Shown in pieces: positions 1 through 12,490 of a stretch of 64,000 nt of DNA. The DNA is from Macrostomum lignano (lineage: Eukaryota). The stretch is taken from contig NIVC01001295.1 of NCBI GenBank assembly GCA_002269645.1, forward strand, positions 67,285 to 131,284, in the 5' to 3' direction. The stretch's first letter is position 1; each line of letters begins with the position of its first letter. The position numbers and the translations under genes are program-made. Below the pieces are notes generated by a model that was not told the DNA's origin, searched no databases, and was given only the letters and a program-made list of their open reading frames with translations.

Positions 1-1770
1 GAGAGGAACGAAGATTATCAGAAATCGATAGACAGAAGTCAGCGAACTTAGCTAGACAGTCAGAGCTATCGACAGAAGAATTAGAGAAGCGAAGCGAAGC
101 TGCGGTAGCCCAGAGATGTGCGTTGAGCAGCATAGACTTGAGACCTAGTGAAGTCGAAGGAAAGAACGCTTCGACAGACGAATCAAAAGTAGCAAGAGAG
201 CCATCAGATCTTAAAAACGCATTGCAGGACTTGCGCCAATGGTTGGTTGGGAAAGTCCAAGCGGAGTCAGCGAAAGAAGAGCCAGACAAGAGTGCAACAA
301 GAACTGAACTTGGAGCTGAACTTAGGGAAATGAAGCAGGAATTAAGAAAGTTAGAGACAGCCATCCAGCGAGATGTGGCAGCTAAGAAAGCAACAGAGAA
401 GCAAGAGTCAGAGAAGAGCATAGAAGCAGAAATATCAAGTCAAGTAGTGAATTCCGGATTATTTCTCGACAGCCAGATCAACGGATTAAGCGAAAAGATT
501 TTAGTTGACACCGGCGCCTCGAATTGTCTTATTGAAAATAAATTATATCAGCACCTCTATCCAGAAAACCTAGTCTGAAGCCATGCTCTGTAAATATGCG
601 ATCCGCAAATGGCCAGATTTCAAACCTATTAGGCCAAGTGGCATTGCGCTTGCGCGTCAGATTTGGGGACTGCGAGATCACGCATCCATTCTATGTTGCT
701 GAAGGCTTACTAACGTTAAAATTAAATTAGATATTGCGGGAAAATCCTTAGAATTCAGTGACTGAAGAATTTCGCTTGCAACATCGAGTGATAAAACGCG
801 TTGCGTCCCTACTGAAAGTAATCAAGAAGATATCTATAGCACCGATGAGCGAAATTTATGTCAAGGCCAAATGTAAAGATATCCCAGGACCCAGACGCTG
901 CAGAACTCGGCTTCATCTCAGGCCGTCATCAATTTGGCGAGAAAGATGAGCCACTGGTAGCTACTGTTATGTAGCTAACAGATTTTTCTGTTATCTTCTG
1001 CCCACAAGCCAGAAAGACTTTCTAACACACTGGCCTCTAAGGGCCCTGTTATGAGTGTGAGGCTCACATCTCCGAATCTCTCTCTCTGCCGAAAATTATT
1101 CAAGACAGTGTATTTTATAGTCAAGCAAACAAACTGGTTTAGTTGACAAAATGAAGAGCAATGCATAGTTTGAGTGGGGCAGGGTTATCGCTCGAGCATT
1201 TTTCTCTGTCCTTTTGTTAGGCAACCATATCACCCCCAAGAATTGCTGCGAGTCCACTGTGTCACGCGTTCGCAATCTGCTGGCTTGGCCTTCGAACTTC
1301 AGCTTTTGTTATCTGTCCTTTAGTGTAGAGCTGGTCTGGCTGGATAGCACCAGTTGGGACGAGAGGAGGCCGTTGTTTTTTTTCGCTTCGATGTCAGCAA
1401 AATTCCAGTGCTTACAAGCTAAATCTATTACTAGATTAGACGAATCTGGTGAAGCCTTACGTTAGACTGATGAACCTGACAGAAGAGGCTCAGACGATTC
1501 ATAAGGATGAGATAGTTGCGCAGAAGGAAGATGTAGAATAGATGTAGTAGATGTAGTAGTAGATGTAGTAGATAACCGCTGAAAGATGTAGAACTTTTTG
1601 CAATATCAGAAACTGATTTAGAGACAGGTGCGCAAAAGCAACAGAAAGCAGCAGTCACGACGCAAAAAGTATTGTAGAAAGAATTAGAAAGCAATTCCGC
1701 TAAAACGAGACCGATTTAAGTGAGGCTCAGAATACAAAAGTAATTGAATTGTTACATCGTTACCATGCTC
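1..1770 (+). mobile_element. Degenerate Ty3/Gypsy-type LTR retrotransposon fragment (gag end, aspartic protease, pre-RT linker)
   Basis: The frame is open from the window start to 578 and contains ILVDTGASNCLI. After a frameshift it continues as KPCSVNMRSANGQISNLLGQVALRL. About 1710-1770 reads TDLSEAQNTKVIELLHRYH, typical of the segment just before Gypsy RT. RT itself is absent. Confidence 0.7.
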
Positions 1771-3121
1771 TTTCGCACACATCGGCTCGCGCGTCCACTC
1801 TTCAGTTCCCACGCTCTTCGGGGTTGATTGCCAGATTTTTGTGTGCCCGTCTCCAGCCCAGGCACGTGCCGCGCTCATTGCTCTTCTTCAGCTGTTTACG
1901 CTGCCTTTTTTAAGCGTTGAAAGCGAAGTTTGAAGCCGCCGAGAGCTCGTCAATTGTAGAGTCGTTTCTTTGGACTCCAGCCTTAGAATTGAGTAGATAG
2001 AGGCACCTATTCTAGTTTCAAGAAGAGCATCAATTTTACAGTAAAATAAAAGCCTCCATCTAAGCGCGAGCACAGTACAAGTCGGCCGAAAGGGAACGAG
2101 AGAATTCAGGTGCAAATGGCAAACAGAATGCTACCTGTGACGCCCTCACGTATTACTCATTACACTGTTCGGTACTTCTGCACTTGATATGCTGCAGCAG
2201 GATGTTAGCAGCGAGTCCAATGCATCTTGTAGTGCCTGCCCTGGCTTCTCTGGTCAGCAATCAAGTTTCCTTTACGGGAAAAGCGTTGCGCGGAAATCTA
2301 CGAGTATTTGAAAATTTAGAGTCCCAATTTTGCTTTAAATTTTTTTGTCCAAAAAGGCTTTGGCTAAAACATGTACCGATGGAATGCATGCCAAAAATAT
2401 AAGTTGACATAACACGCGGACTTTTGCTTTTTCTCACTACTGAAATAGGAAAATTTGTTAATCAAACTACTGTGTATTTGAATTTGAACTGAACACAGCA
2501 TGCGTTAGTTTGAGGGGTAGCAAGTAGACGCTTCGAAACTGCAGTTCACTCAATGCTGCAGTACTGAAAGCAAATCCACCGAGAATCATAAAGTTACTAA
2601 AACGGTAGCTGGATTTTTCGAAGTGCAGAATCATCGAGATTATGCGAAAATATAATATTTAATTTCTAGAAATAATTGTTATAATGCTAAGTAGTTTTAG
2701 CTTGTACGGCTGTAGCCAAAGAATCTGGGACACTCACGCACAAAACCGAAAAAGACACTTGCGAGCGTAAATTGATACCTCCAGCCTCTTTGGCAAAAGC
2801 TATCGCAGAAAATAATGCAACCCATCTTAAATTAACAGTGGGAATTCAAACGAATCATATTTTCTCCAAAGAATCCAACAGAAGCGAACAATTACTCCCT
2901 GTCTGTACAGTCAGCTTGATAAATAAAACAAAACGGTAGTTCGCTCTCAAAATATTCCTAATCCAAGTGAGTTATAAAGCTTTGAATAAGAACACAATCT
3001 TAGCTCATACGAAATCGCAATTAGGCTTGCCTGTTCTCTGAACTACGAAATAAAAATACAAAGTTTTGGTCATTTCATATCACCACTAGGCTCATCTAAG
3101 TTCGGATGAGTCCAAATTCCC

Positions 3122-4798
3122 TCACTCGGTAGATGACCTGTCAACCAGTACATTTATTGGATCCGAGATTTCCTTCTGCCCGTCAATTCCTTCTGGATTC
3201 AAAATTTTGCGTAGAAGATCCCGCATCTGGAGCTTCCTCTGCTTTGATCGTCCATATTTCTCAGCCTCTGCATTGTCCAAAGCGTACCGCAGTTCGAACA
3301 CCATCTCGGTGCGCATTAAGTACACGGTGCCCTTCTTCAGATCTTTTACAATCTCTGAAAACTCTTTGTGTCGCTCGCAATTTTTATCAGAGCTAAATCT
3401 ACCTCTGACCTGCACTTTTTGAACTGGATTGTCAATGCAGAAATCGCAGTTGCAGTTGTGCAGCAGGATGTTGGCTGATTTTGATTTTGATTCGAATCTC
3501 ATCGCCTTTTTCTCCGCATTCCACAAAGAACTCTGATTCTTTCCAGCCGTGTCGAAGAACTTTGGGCAGCAAAAGCAGACGCTCTTTACGCTGACTTTTG
3601 CTACAGACTTGCGACTGCTGTCCTCAATACTGAAGTCGAATTGTTTTGTAACACAGCGATACCGGAATTTCTTATCAAAGTAGTATTCTTCGTGAAAGCA
3701 CAGTCGGCTTAGAGCAAAAAACTCACCGAGAAGCGCGGGAAGGTTATCTCGGTTATTTTTGCTACTATTGAGGAACATTTCAACGAAACAGGGGATCTCG
3801 ACTGCCAGGCGTTTGGACTCTAGGAATGCATCAGTCATTTCACTGATGATGAGGTACAGTAGGGCTGAGATTCTGCAATCCCTGTAGCCGTCTGGGACTT
3901 CCAAAATAGCCGAATGAGTTTCATTCTCTTCGTCTGGCTTTCGCTGCCTCTGCTCTTCATGCGGCTCCACCGTGTGCTCTGACTGCTGCTGGCTCTGCTC
4001 TGCATGCGACTCCACCGTGTGCTCTGACTGCTGCTGGCTCTGCTCTGCATGCGACTCCTCCGTGTGCTCTGACTGCTGCAGGCTCTGCTCTTCATGCGAC
4101 TCCTCCGTGTGCTCTGACTGCTGCAGGCTCTGCTCTGCATGCGACTCCTCCGTGTGCTCTGACTGCTGCTGGCTCTGCTCTGCATGCGACTCCACCGTGT
4201 GCTCTGACTGCTGCTGGCTCTGCTCTTCATGCGACTCCTCCGTGTGCTCTGACTGCTGCAGGCTCTGCTCTGCATGCGACTCCTCCGTGTGCTCTGACTG
4301 CTGCTGGCTCTGCTCTGCATGCGACTCCACCGTGTGCTCTGACTGCTGCTGGCTCTGCTCTTCATGCGGCTCCACCGTGTGCTCTGACTGCTGCTGGCTC
4401 TGCTCTGCATGCGACTCCACCGTGTGCTCTGACTGCTGCTGGCTCTGCTCTGCATGCGGCTCCACCGTGTGCTCTGACTGCTGCTGGCCGGCCTTGCCAG
4501 TCTGGGAATGCATCAACCACAGACGCACGGAATCGTGGGTTCCATTTTGTCCCTTCAAAAGCAAATTTGAATCTACCGTCTGCAGGCATCGCAGCAGTGG
4601 TCGGCCGAAGTTTTGCTTGCTCAGTTCCTTACAATCACCTTCGCAGGCTCTCGTGAACCTGTCAAACAGGTTTACCAGTCTATTGTAAATAGCCTGTTGA
4701 GAATCTTTGAGGCAAGCATAGAGAAGTACTTCAATGGCGACGCGTCTAGTGAAGTATAATCGATCAGTAAAGTTCTCTGGCTCAAAGTTTAATTTTTT
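3122..4798 (-). CDS. Orphan protein with a 15-aa Q/S/E/H repeat tract and a Cys-containing C-terminal region; 5' end uncertain
   Basis: The track ORF 3122..4564 starts at TTG, but the same frame stays open to 4798 (NFEPENFTDRLYFTRRVAIEVLLYACLK...), ~559 codons in all. An A7 run at 4793-4799 may hide a frameshift linking it to further upstream coding-like sequence. No family recognised. Confidence 0.5.
   Translation of the reverse strand, partial: KKLNFEPENFTDRLYFTRRVAIEVLLYACLKDSQQAIYNRLVNLFDRFTRACEGDCKELSKQNFGRPLLRCLQTVDSNLLLKGQNGTHDSVRLWLMHSQTGKAGQQQSEHTVEPHAEQSQQQSEHTVESHAEQSQQQSEHTVEPHEEQSQQQSEHTVESHAEQSQQQSEHTEESHAEQSLQQSEHTEESHEEQSQQQSEHTVESHAEQSQQQSEHTEESHAEQSLQQSEHTEESHEEQSLQQSEHTEESHAEQSQQQSEHTVESHAEQSQQQSEHTVEPHEEQRQRKPDEENETHSAILEVPDGYRDCRISALLYLIISEMTDAFLESKRLAVEIPCFVEMFLNSSKNNRDNLPALLGEFFALSRLCFHEEYYFDKKFRYRCVTKQFDFSIEDSSRKSVAKVSVKSVCFCCPKFFDTAGKNQSSLWNAEKKAMRFESKSKSANILLHNCNCDFCIDNPVQKVQVRGRFSSDKNCERHKEFSEIVKDLKKGTVYLMRTEMVFELRYALDNAEAEKYGRSKQRKLQMRDLLRKILNPEGIDGQKEISDPINVLVDRSSTE
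3955..4488. repeat. 45-bp coding minisatellite, about 11-12 copies
   Basis: Unit tccaccgtgtgctctgactgctgctggctctgctctgcatgcgac, encoding HAEQSQQQSEHTVES on the minus strand. Confidence 0.95.
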
Positions 4799-5393
4799 TC
4801 AGCTCTGAAATTGTTTTTAAATCTAACTCGGCTTGAATTTGCCGTGCAACACTAGAAGCCTGTGCTAAATTCATCTGGGCTTTGACAATAGACAGATGAA
4901 CTCGGTCCTAAAATTCAGTAGACGTCGCAGCAAAGTTGCAGTTCAACCTATGAAAATCTTAGTAAGCAGTTTGTCGGTATACAACATTTCGAACTCTAAT
5001 TCAGTGCCTTGCTTGGGTGCTTCAATGTACACAACTAAACTCTGTACAGTTAGCCATGGCATGTGCAATGTTCTTTTGCAACTTTTCACTGCCTAATGCT
5101 AAAGCTATCTATAGAGGACGTAATAGGCGGAAATTTTGGATCCAATGAAATGGCGATACAGCGATTTCATGCGCCTCTATCCCCTGGCCAGTGAGCGTTT
5201 CACATTCTGGATCGGAAAAACTTCGCGCATACCCGCGTAGCTTTTATTGGCAGGACAGTGCTGAGCTGATAGTCCCTAGTTAGCTGCTGAGAATTTGAGA
5301 GCTTAAACTTACAACAGTTACAGCAATTACATAACGTAGAAAAAATCATATTCAAAAAAGCATTGAAGCGACAAGGCTACAGAGAATTTAGGG

Positions 5394-6506
5394 ATGGCAC
5401 TACAGCCATTATACAGCGAAGGATTTACCAAAGTTCTCGAATCATGTAAAATCATTTTAGGAGAGTTGTCCCCAGAGCTGAGGCAACCGGTCAAAACTCA
5501 TGACGGGCCGTCGCTGAAGCTGTCTATAGAAGAAGACGATTCTCAGAGAGCAGTGCATCAGAGCAAAGAATCTTTCCACCTATTTTTTCGTAGAAGAGAC
5601 GCTAATCAGAGCTCGCCAAGTCGACCAAGTTTGCAAACAAGGGATCACTCGCTGCTGTGGAATCCGGCACAATTTCCGATCACAGTAGAGATAAATGGAT
5701 TCGCCTGTCATACCGAGGAATTCCAGGAATTGGAATTGACGCTCGAATTGCTTTTCTATGATTTGTGCAAATTCGCATCCGAGTGCGTCTGCGCATGCAG
5801 CATCAAAAGTCTGGCGATTCAGTGTGATCCGGTGACCGGCGAGAGACTACTCGGCTTGAAGCTGAAGCCAGAAGACTGTGAGTATTTTCTTGCCTGCGGG
5901 TTTATGTTCTGTCACTTCTCGAGAGTTCCGGGAGTCTCCGAGGTGGGGGCAACACTGGATACAATTGACCAGCGATCATGCAGCCTCACTGTAAATCAAG
6001 GATCAATAACTCCGTTATATTTAATGAATTACGAGCCAGACAGCCTCCAATTTGAAGAGGAATTCAAGCGCGCTTTGGATACAGGCGACAGCAAAAAAAT
6101 ACTTTGCATCATGTACAACGAGTTAGAGCTCTGCAACTGGTACCTGAACAAAATCGGTCTCGAAATGCAGCGTCGGAGGCTACCGAATCACAGCACTTGC
6201 TGTCTGTCCATCCACTATGAAGGTTCCAAAATGCGAATTCAAGTCGAGGGCTTTGATTGTGGTCGTCGTGGTACGAGTATGAGAAACTATTATAGCCAGC
6301 TGGATGGCACGGTAGAGGGCACTGGCGTCATGTGGGATGGAGGTCTCGATGTGTACAAGGATGATCAGTTTCTCTCTGCAGTCATAAGGCTTTGCGATGC
6401 TTCATCACGGAAGAAGGTTGATGCAAATTTTCGGCTTGACTGCGTGTTCGTACCTTGTCGCTCCACGCTACACGTGCTGGACTCATTGCGTCGCCATGAG
6501 AAGTAG
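5394..6506 (+). CDS. Orphan 370-aa Cys-rich protein
   Basis: ATG-initiated, non-repetitive 1113-bp ORF, too long to be likely by chance. No family recognised. Confidence 0.6.
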   Translation: MALQPLYSEGFTKVLESCKIILGELSPELRQPVKTHDGPSLKLSIEEDDSQRAVHQSKESFHLFFRRRDANQSSPSRPSLQTRDHSLLWNPAQFPITVEINGFACHTEEFQELELTLELLFYDLCKFASECVCACSIKSLAIQCDPVTGERLLGLKLKPEDCEYFLACGFMFCHFSRVPGVSEVGATLDTIDQRSCSLTVNQGSITPLYLMNYEPDSLQFEEEFKRALDTGDSKKILCIMYNELELCNWYLNKIGLEMQRRRLPNHSTCCLSIHYEGSKMRIQVEGFDCGRRGTSMRNYYSQLDGTVEGTGVMWDGGLDVYKDDQFLSAVIRLCDASSRKKVDANFRLDCVFVPCRSTLHVLDSLRRHEK

Positions 6507-6788
6507 GTTCATTGTTTTATTTTAGTATTTCACAATTCACTCAAGCTTTATTGAGTCTAAGACAAGATATGGACGAGACTCTCCACACTAATTTTAGGAC
6601 CGAAAAATCTGCAGTAACCACTGTCAAATCTGCGACCAAATTTTCTCTAAATCTGGTCAGTGCTTATGTCACGAGCTAGTACATTCTTACCCACTGACCA
6701 TGCAGATGTTGATATTTTCGAAAGTCGCATGTTTTCTTGACCTTGAGCTCATGTTATCTCATTATTGAAATATTTTTTTCATTTACAG

Positions 6789-7214
6789 ACCAGCATTCCT
6801 GCCGGCAGTCAACAAGACTCCAAAGGCAAACGTGAAGATGCTGATTTCTTATTCCGAGAAGAATTTTGGGAGGCCATTCTGGCTGGGGAACTGGAAAGGG
6901 TAAGAGAGCTTCTCGGGTGTTCAACCGCGGAATCCATCGACACCGATGTCAAGTTCTCTCTGCTTCTGCTTGCTGTTGAGGAAGGCATGAGTGATATTGT
7001 CAAGCTGCTGCTCAAGAAAGGATACCCGGGCTGCTCCGAACAGATGGGGCCAATCGAGCTCAGAATTCTAGACGGTGCTTTGGAGTCCTGCGATCTGGAA
7101 ACTCTCAAGCTGCTCATCGGTCAACAGACGAAGCTGTTCGATGCAGACAGGCAGGAGTTTAAGCGGCTGTCAGTGAAACCTCGCGACTTAGGCCACCGGT
7201 TTGTCTATTCTTAA
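6789..7214 (+). CDS. Ankyrin-repeat-like terminal exon
   Basis: FWEAILAGELERVRELL, LLLAVEEGMSDIVKLLLKKG and LDGALESCDLETLKLLI resemble ankyrin helix pairs. A polypyrimidine tract plus ttacag acceptor ends at 6788. Confidence 0.55.
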   Translation, partial: TSIPAGSQQDSKGKREDADFLFREEFWEAILAGELERVRELLGCSTAESIDTDVKFSLLLLAVEEGMSDIVKLLLKKGYPGCSEQMGPIELRILDGALESCDLETLKLLIGQQTKLFDADRQEFKRLSVKPRDLGHRFVYS

Positions 7215-9916
7215 TATTTTACTGGATTATCTTGGTAGGTTGCTGCCACCCGGCTCCTGATGTTCCCTAATCCTAGTATGTAGTAAAGAACCGATTCCAG
7301 GAAACCAATGTAATATTCTTAAGCTTAACAGAAATTTATAAAATATGACAATTGAAAAAATGTTATTGCACAAAAGTGGTTTCTTTACATTAAATTCCTC
7401 TTTTTTAAGTGCTTGGGCCAAACTCCCAGTTTTAGAGGCAAGACTCCTCTTAGTGCGGTTCTAAGTTTTATTTCCCTATTCCCCCTTGCCTTAAACTTTC
7501 TTAAATTTCTGAGGTTGAGCTACGCGGCATGGAGGTTTCTTTCCCGAGAGCACAACTGCTCTTCACTTATTTGGAAGCTCGAAATTCGCGATCTACCCCC
7601 GCCACAAATATTTCCCCACCTACTTACTTACTGACGGGGGCGCCAATATTTCCCCACAATTATTTTTCACGTAATGAACCGCGAAAATTACGCATTCTAT
7701 TTTGAAGGTGTTTTTGCTCTGATTAGTTAGTCCTCTTGCTAAAAAAACTTTTATTTTGCCTTTTGCTTCTGTCTTAATAAAGAAATTTTTGCTTTAAACT
7801 GTACGCCATTTAGCATTAAAAACCTATAAATACGCTTGTACCAGCAGAATATACGATAAACGACACAACTTGCGTCCTGGCATAATTGCTATTCGGCCTC
7901 TGCTGAGCGCCTATCCCGATCTAAAAACTGAATCAGAATCCCTCATTTATAGTTATAGCCTTTCCATCCGTAGAATGTGCTGTTCAATAGGGGCGTTGCT
8001 GCCTCTTCCCGTTTCCACAAGAACGTTTTGTACAATTAGAGACGTGCTGTCTCTTTTCACCCCTGGACGTACAGTCCTTCCTCGAGGCTTCTTGCCTTAT
8101 CCCCTTCCCTAGCTCATAGAATTCTATGATTCAATATTCAAATATTATGAATAGAAGATGCCTCGGTCCCGAGCGGCGTTAACTCTGAATTTTGGAAGAG
8201 TGTGGTCTCAGAACCGTTAAAAGTTTATTTGAATTACAAGAAGATAACGAATTATAAACGGTCAACCGCGATCTCGGTTGTGGTTCTGAGTCAAATAACT
8301 AACATCAGTGCTAGTGAGATCAAGAGGGACTTACACTCCTTTCATGAGGAACGAATCAATAAAATACCTATCCGAGCATTCGGGAGCTGTGTTATTTAGC
8401 TTGAAAACAGATTCCATTTTTCATCTTCAGGGATGAGGCCCTGGGCTGGATTATTAATTCCAGCTGATTAAAGAGTAAAGTCCCACGAAGCGGTCCAAGT
8501 CACTGCAAACAGTTATAGGTCTTGTGAAAGATTTAATTTCTACTACTGACTGAGAGAAGTAGACGAATAAAGATTTAAATCGTAAAATCTCTCGCACAGG
8601 CCGAATAAGTTTCGCCATAAAATAAACGCTTTGCACCCTTAGAGCCGTGTGAGAGGACAGCATGTGGCTGCAGAGGCTACTGGCGAAGGAAAACTCGGTC
8701 TGCCTGCGCGAGATTCCACCACGACTTTTAGTGCGTCACAGGCTCCATCGTTCCGAAATTTGGAAAACTTGAACAAAAATCATGTTGAACACGAGCGTAT
8801 AATGTAAGCTCAGTGCTCGAATATTTCCTCTATTAGATACAGACGCTTAACCATAGAAACAAATACGAGCGTATGTGGCTATTATTCCGACAACAGCTAT
8901 GTTCGGAGTAGTCCGTCCCTTGCTTACGCCATCAAGATTTCCAATTCTATTTATTACAAGCTAAATTACAAATGAGCCTTTAGCAGTAGCAATGTCTCAA
9001 ATCAGAAATCTATTGTATAATTGACAGTTGATTCCTGAATTTTTTCATGCCTGTTCATAGTTTTGCTGCAGACAATTCCCGATTGACTTATAGATGACTT
9101 CGGATTGGCACAATGGCCAACGCTCAAGCAGGTTCCCACTGTCAAATAACTCAGTACACGTGTGTCTGTCGCCAATCTGGAAGGAAACATCTGAAGGTTA
9201 CATTTGTCGCTCAACACTGAAGCCGAGTCTCGATGAGCCGCAGAAATTCCTCACCTGCTGGATTTCTTTAACTACGCTCGTAAAAAGCCTCTAAAAAACC
9301 AGCCCCGTAGCAAACCATGTCATAGCGTGTGAATTTTCCTAGAGCTCCAGCTCTCTTGAGAGCTTTTTCGGTGGATAATAAGGCTTACAGCCTGTCAATT
9401 CAATAAAAATCTTGAAGCATGTTGGAATAGAGCTAATGAATCATAAATTACAGTTTTGCACGCAAAAAATTCTATGTTATATTGAGGTTTCAAGCATCAG
9501 ATATTGATTAAATACAATAAGCTATTTTTCCATACTTATTAATTTAAACAAACACAGACAGAAGGTTAAAAACTCAGGTACCATTGCACAAAACCCCATG
9601 GCCCAGGTCCGTACGTTGTTGGTCCCACAACCCCAGAGAGCCTCTACTTACTTTACTCGTACCAGAGCTTTTTATGTTTTTAATGCTCGTTCTGGAATAG
9701 CAACTGCAGCTAAGTAAAAAACGAACTCAAAATAAAAAATCGTCTTTTGAAGATGCTTGGGCAAGGTTAAGAGCTTGAATCTTAATTAAGTAGTTAGAAA
9801 ATTTATTTCGGTTTGAATGTTTAAACTCTTGCTCCATAGTTTAGGAATAAAAAGTTCGTTTTTAGTAAGTTTGTTTTCGATGTCATTTCCGCGCTGTTTC
9901 GTCTTCAATTCTTCCA

Positions 9917-11063
9917 TCACAGGCTGCACACATTCCGCAGCTGGTCGAACTGGGCCGCATCGAGGTTGCCAGTCAGCAGAGCCCAGCACTGCAGCCAGCC
10001 GTCGAACGGTTGGATTGCGGCTGACATGCAGCTGCCGATCAGAAGGTTGTTGTGGACGTTGATAAAATTTCCTCCGACTACACTGGTCGATGTATCGATG
10101 GAATTTATCATGGACCCATTGTAGTAGGCGTTGAATACGAAGTCCGTGCCTCCAAAGTTGATTCCAAAGCTCATCAGCCGCTCGACTGAGTCTCCAGCAC
10201 AGCCACTTGTCCAGGTCTTGCTAATGTAAGTTCCAGAAGTAAACTGGACCCTAGCTTTGATGTTGCCGCCGCTTTTTATGTACAAATTAGTCGGATTTGT
10301 TGGGTTGTTGACATCGAGAAACGAGCTGATGCACTTGTCGCTGCAACATTGTACAGGTGGTCGAAGTTTGATAAATTAAATTCTTGCTTGAACTTGAGCG
10401 CAATTATTCAGTCACATACTCGTACATAAATACTCACACAGAGTTGCAGGAAAACTTTCCCTGAAAGAACATGCTGTACTGCTTCCCAGATGCAAAATAT
10501 TTGCTGAATCCGGCAGTCGAGACTTTCACGTAGGAGCCGCTCGAGCCCTGCAGACGAACTCCGTCGACTGGACTCTGCTCGGTGACGTTCACTGGTTCCG
10601 CCTGGTAAACTGATTGGTTGACGAAGTTGTTGAAGCTCTTCTTGAAGTTGTACCACAGCACAAAATTCGAGGACAAGTTCTGGATGACCGAAGCTTCCGA
10701 CAGTGAGCTCGCAGGAGTGGCAGAAGTTGGCGCGCTCGGACCTACGGTGACTTCAGAAGCCAGCAGTTTTCTCCTAGCGACCATCCGGGACCCGCAGCTC
10801 CCGGTCAATGGCGGCATCGCAGACAGCCTGTAGCAGACGGCCCTGTCTGTCAGGTACACAGACAGGCGACACTCGCTGCTGAGAGTGCAGAGCAGCGAGC
10901 ACTCGGGCTCACTTTGGGCGGCCACAGCCTCAGCACTCACAGGCTCGGTGGGACAGTCGCTGGTCAGCAACTCAAACACTGCGGAGCCGTGCTCGAGTGC
11001 CACCGACTGGTACAGCACCAGCGAAAAAGCACAGGCTGTGAGCCAAATGACATGTGACTTCAT
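9917..11063 (-). CDS. Secreted PAN/apple + LamG/ConA-like protein, copy 1 (349 aa, 2 exons)
   Basis: Exon 1 is 11063-10438 (donor GTGAGT), the intron is 97 bp, and exon 2 is 10340-9917 (acceptor ttgcag). The phase-2 join gives ...CNSV-DKCISS... in frame. Features: hydrophobic N-terminus, ECSLLC..ECRLSVY..VCY PAN-like Cys pattern, YYNGSM / LLIGS / FDGWLQ LamG-like motifs. Confidence 0.85.
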
Positions 11064-12249
11064 TTTTGGATCTGGCTTAGAATTTCAAGAACGGTGTGTA
11101 GGAAGTGACGCCTTTAGGAATTTATCCAGACTTTATCTTATTGGAAAGATATATTGTGGGAGACAAGTAAATTTTGCGTCGCATGTGATTGGAGGAGAAA
11201 TTCCGGCATTAATGGTTGCATTGTGGTTGCTATGCAGGAAATCATGAGCCATGGCTACCAATACTCATCCGTATGTTGCTTTTGTTAGAGCTGAGACATC
11301 TTTTATCATCTTAGGGAATGTATAACAGTTCTTAACTTCTTTTTGCATGCGGCGTTGCAGCTCGGGTGACATCTTCAGAACAATGAGCTCGGTTTTTTTC
11401 AAATAGAGTTCAAGTATGGGGATGGGCACAAAAATAGAAAAGAATGGATTCTATGAAGTAAAAACACTTTAACGCAGTGTAAGTCTAGTAAAATATTTTT
11501 CTGATGTCTTAGTCTTCCGCAGGCTTTACTGGAAAAAAAATGTTTTCGTCGGAGGTCCTGCGACTCTGGCGGTGTCAAGGGAAGACAATGCGGCTCTCAG
11601 CTTCTTTTTAATTTCCAGTCCTATTCATAAAAATAGCCATTCTCTTGTACTCAGCATCCGAAAAAAACAAAATGCGTTTCAAAGGAAAGAAATGATTCCG
11701 TGAGTTGAGCATAGGTACAGGTTCAGAATATATTCTTCCGGGACGTACGCTAGTATTTTTTCCACCGAAAGCAAGACTCAGAATGAGAAGTTTGACTAGA
11801 GGAGCCGCTTTGCGGGTTAAGGCATGTCGATGGATGCAGCTGGACAAAAGAATATTTCAGGAGATTTTCATGCGCTCATTCCCAATTCCAAGGCCAGCAA
11901 CCGGCTGGGTGCGGATCTGGGACTGGCGGCGCGGGTTTACAATCTACTTGGTTCTCTCATGAAACTGTCTAACGCTACATAAAGTACTGTTTCTTCAAAA
12001 ACTCAATTCCTGCCGTCTGCTGTACTCCACTGGGTGGGCAAGTGGATTTCGGTGATTGCGCTTCACACTCTCGCGTCTTAAGTGTTATGACTTCTTTTGT
12101 GGCAGAAGGCATCGGACCAAAAGGTAACGTACTCGTAATATTTGCTTTTTTAGCCGGCCATGAATTCGGTCGGAATTCTGTAGAAGCTGAATCTTCTACG
12201 CTATAAGAATTAGTAGCAATAGTAATAATTGATTACGCCTGCCCTAACT

Positions 12250-12490
12250 GGGCCAGATGTGCAACCGACAGCTCAACCAGAAGGCTGCGTACGGCTGTTC
12301 AGTCCAAGGACTGTGGGGGGGGGGGGTCGCAACACACCCTCAATCAGCCTCAATTGCTCCAGCTAATGCTGGCACCCATTTTACAGCTGGGTGAACTGAA
12401 GAAAGGCAGAGTTAACTGTCTTGCTCAAGGACACAAATTGTTCAAGTCGATAGTCCGACGCTCTAACCACAAGGCTACAGCCCTCCCTAC
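12250..12490 (+). mobile_element. SINE-like fragment
   Basis: gctggcacccattttacagctgggtgaactg...tgtcttgctcaaggacacaa...ccgacgctctaaccac resembles, from memory, the conserved body of invertebrate tRNA-derived SINEs. Confidence 0.4.

Noticed and set aside
3972-4688. Metallothionein-like Cys-rich ORF on the plus strand (CSDCCWLCSACD repeats)
   Set aside because: It is the antisense reading of the 45-bp repeat and starts at GTG inside the array. The minus frame has long unique flanks and is the better candidate.
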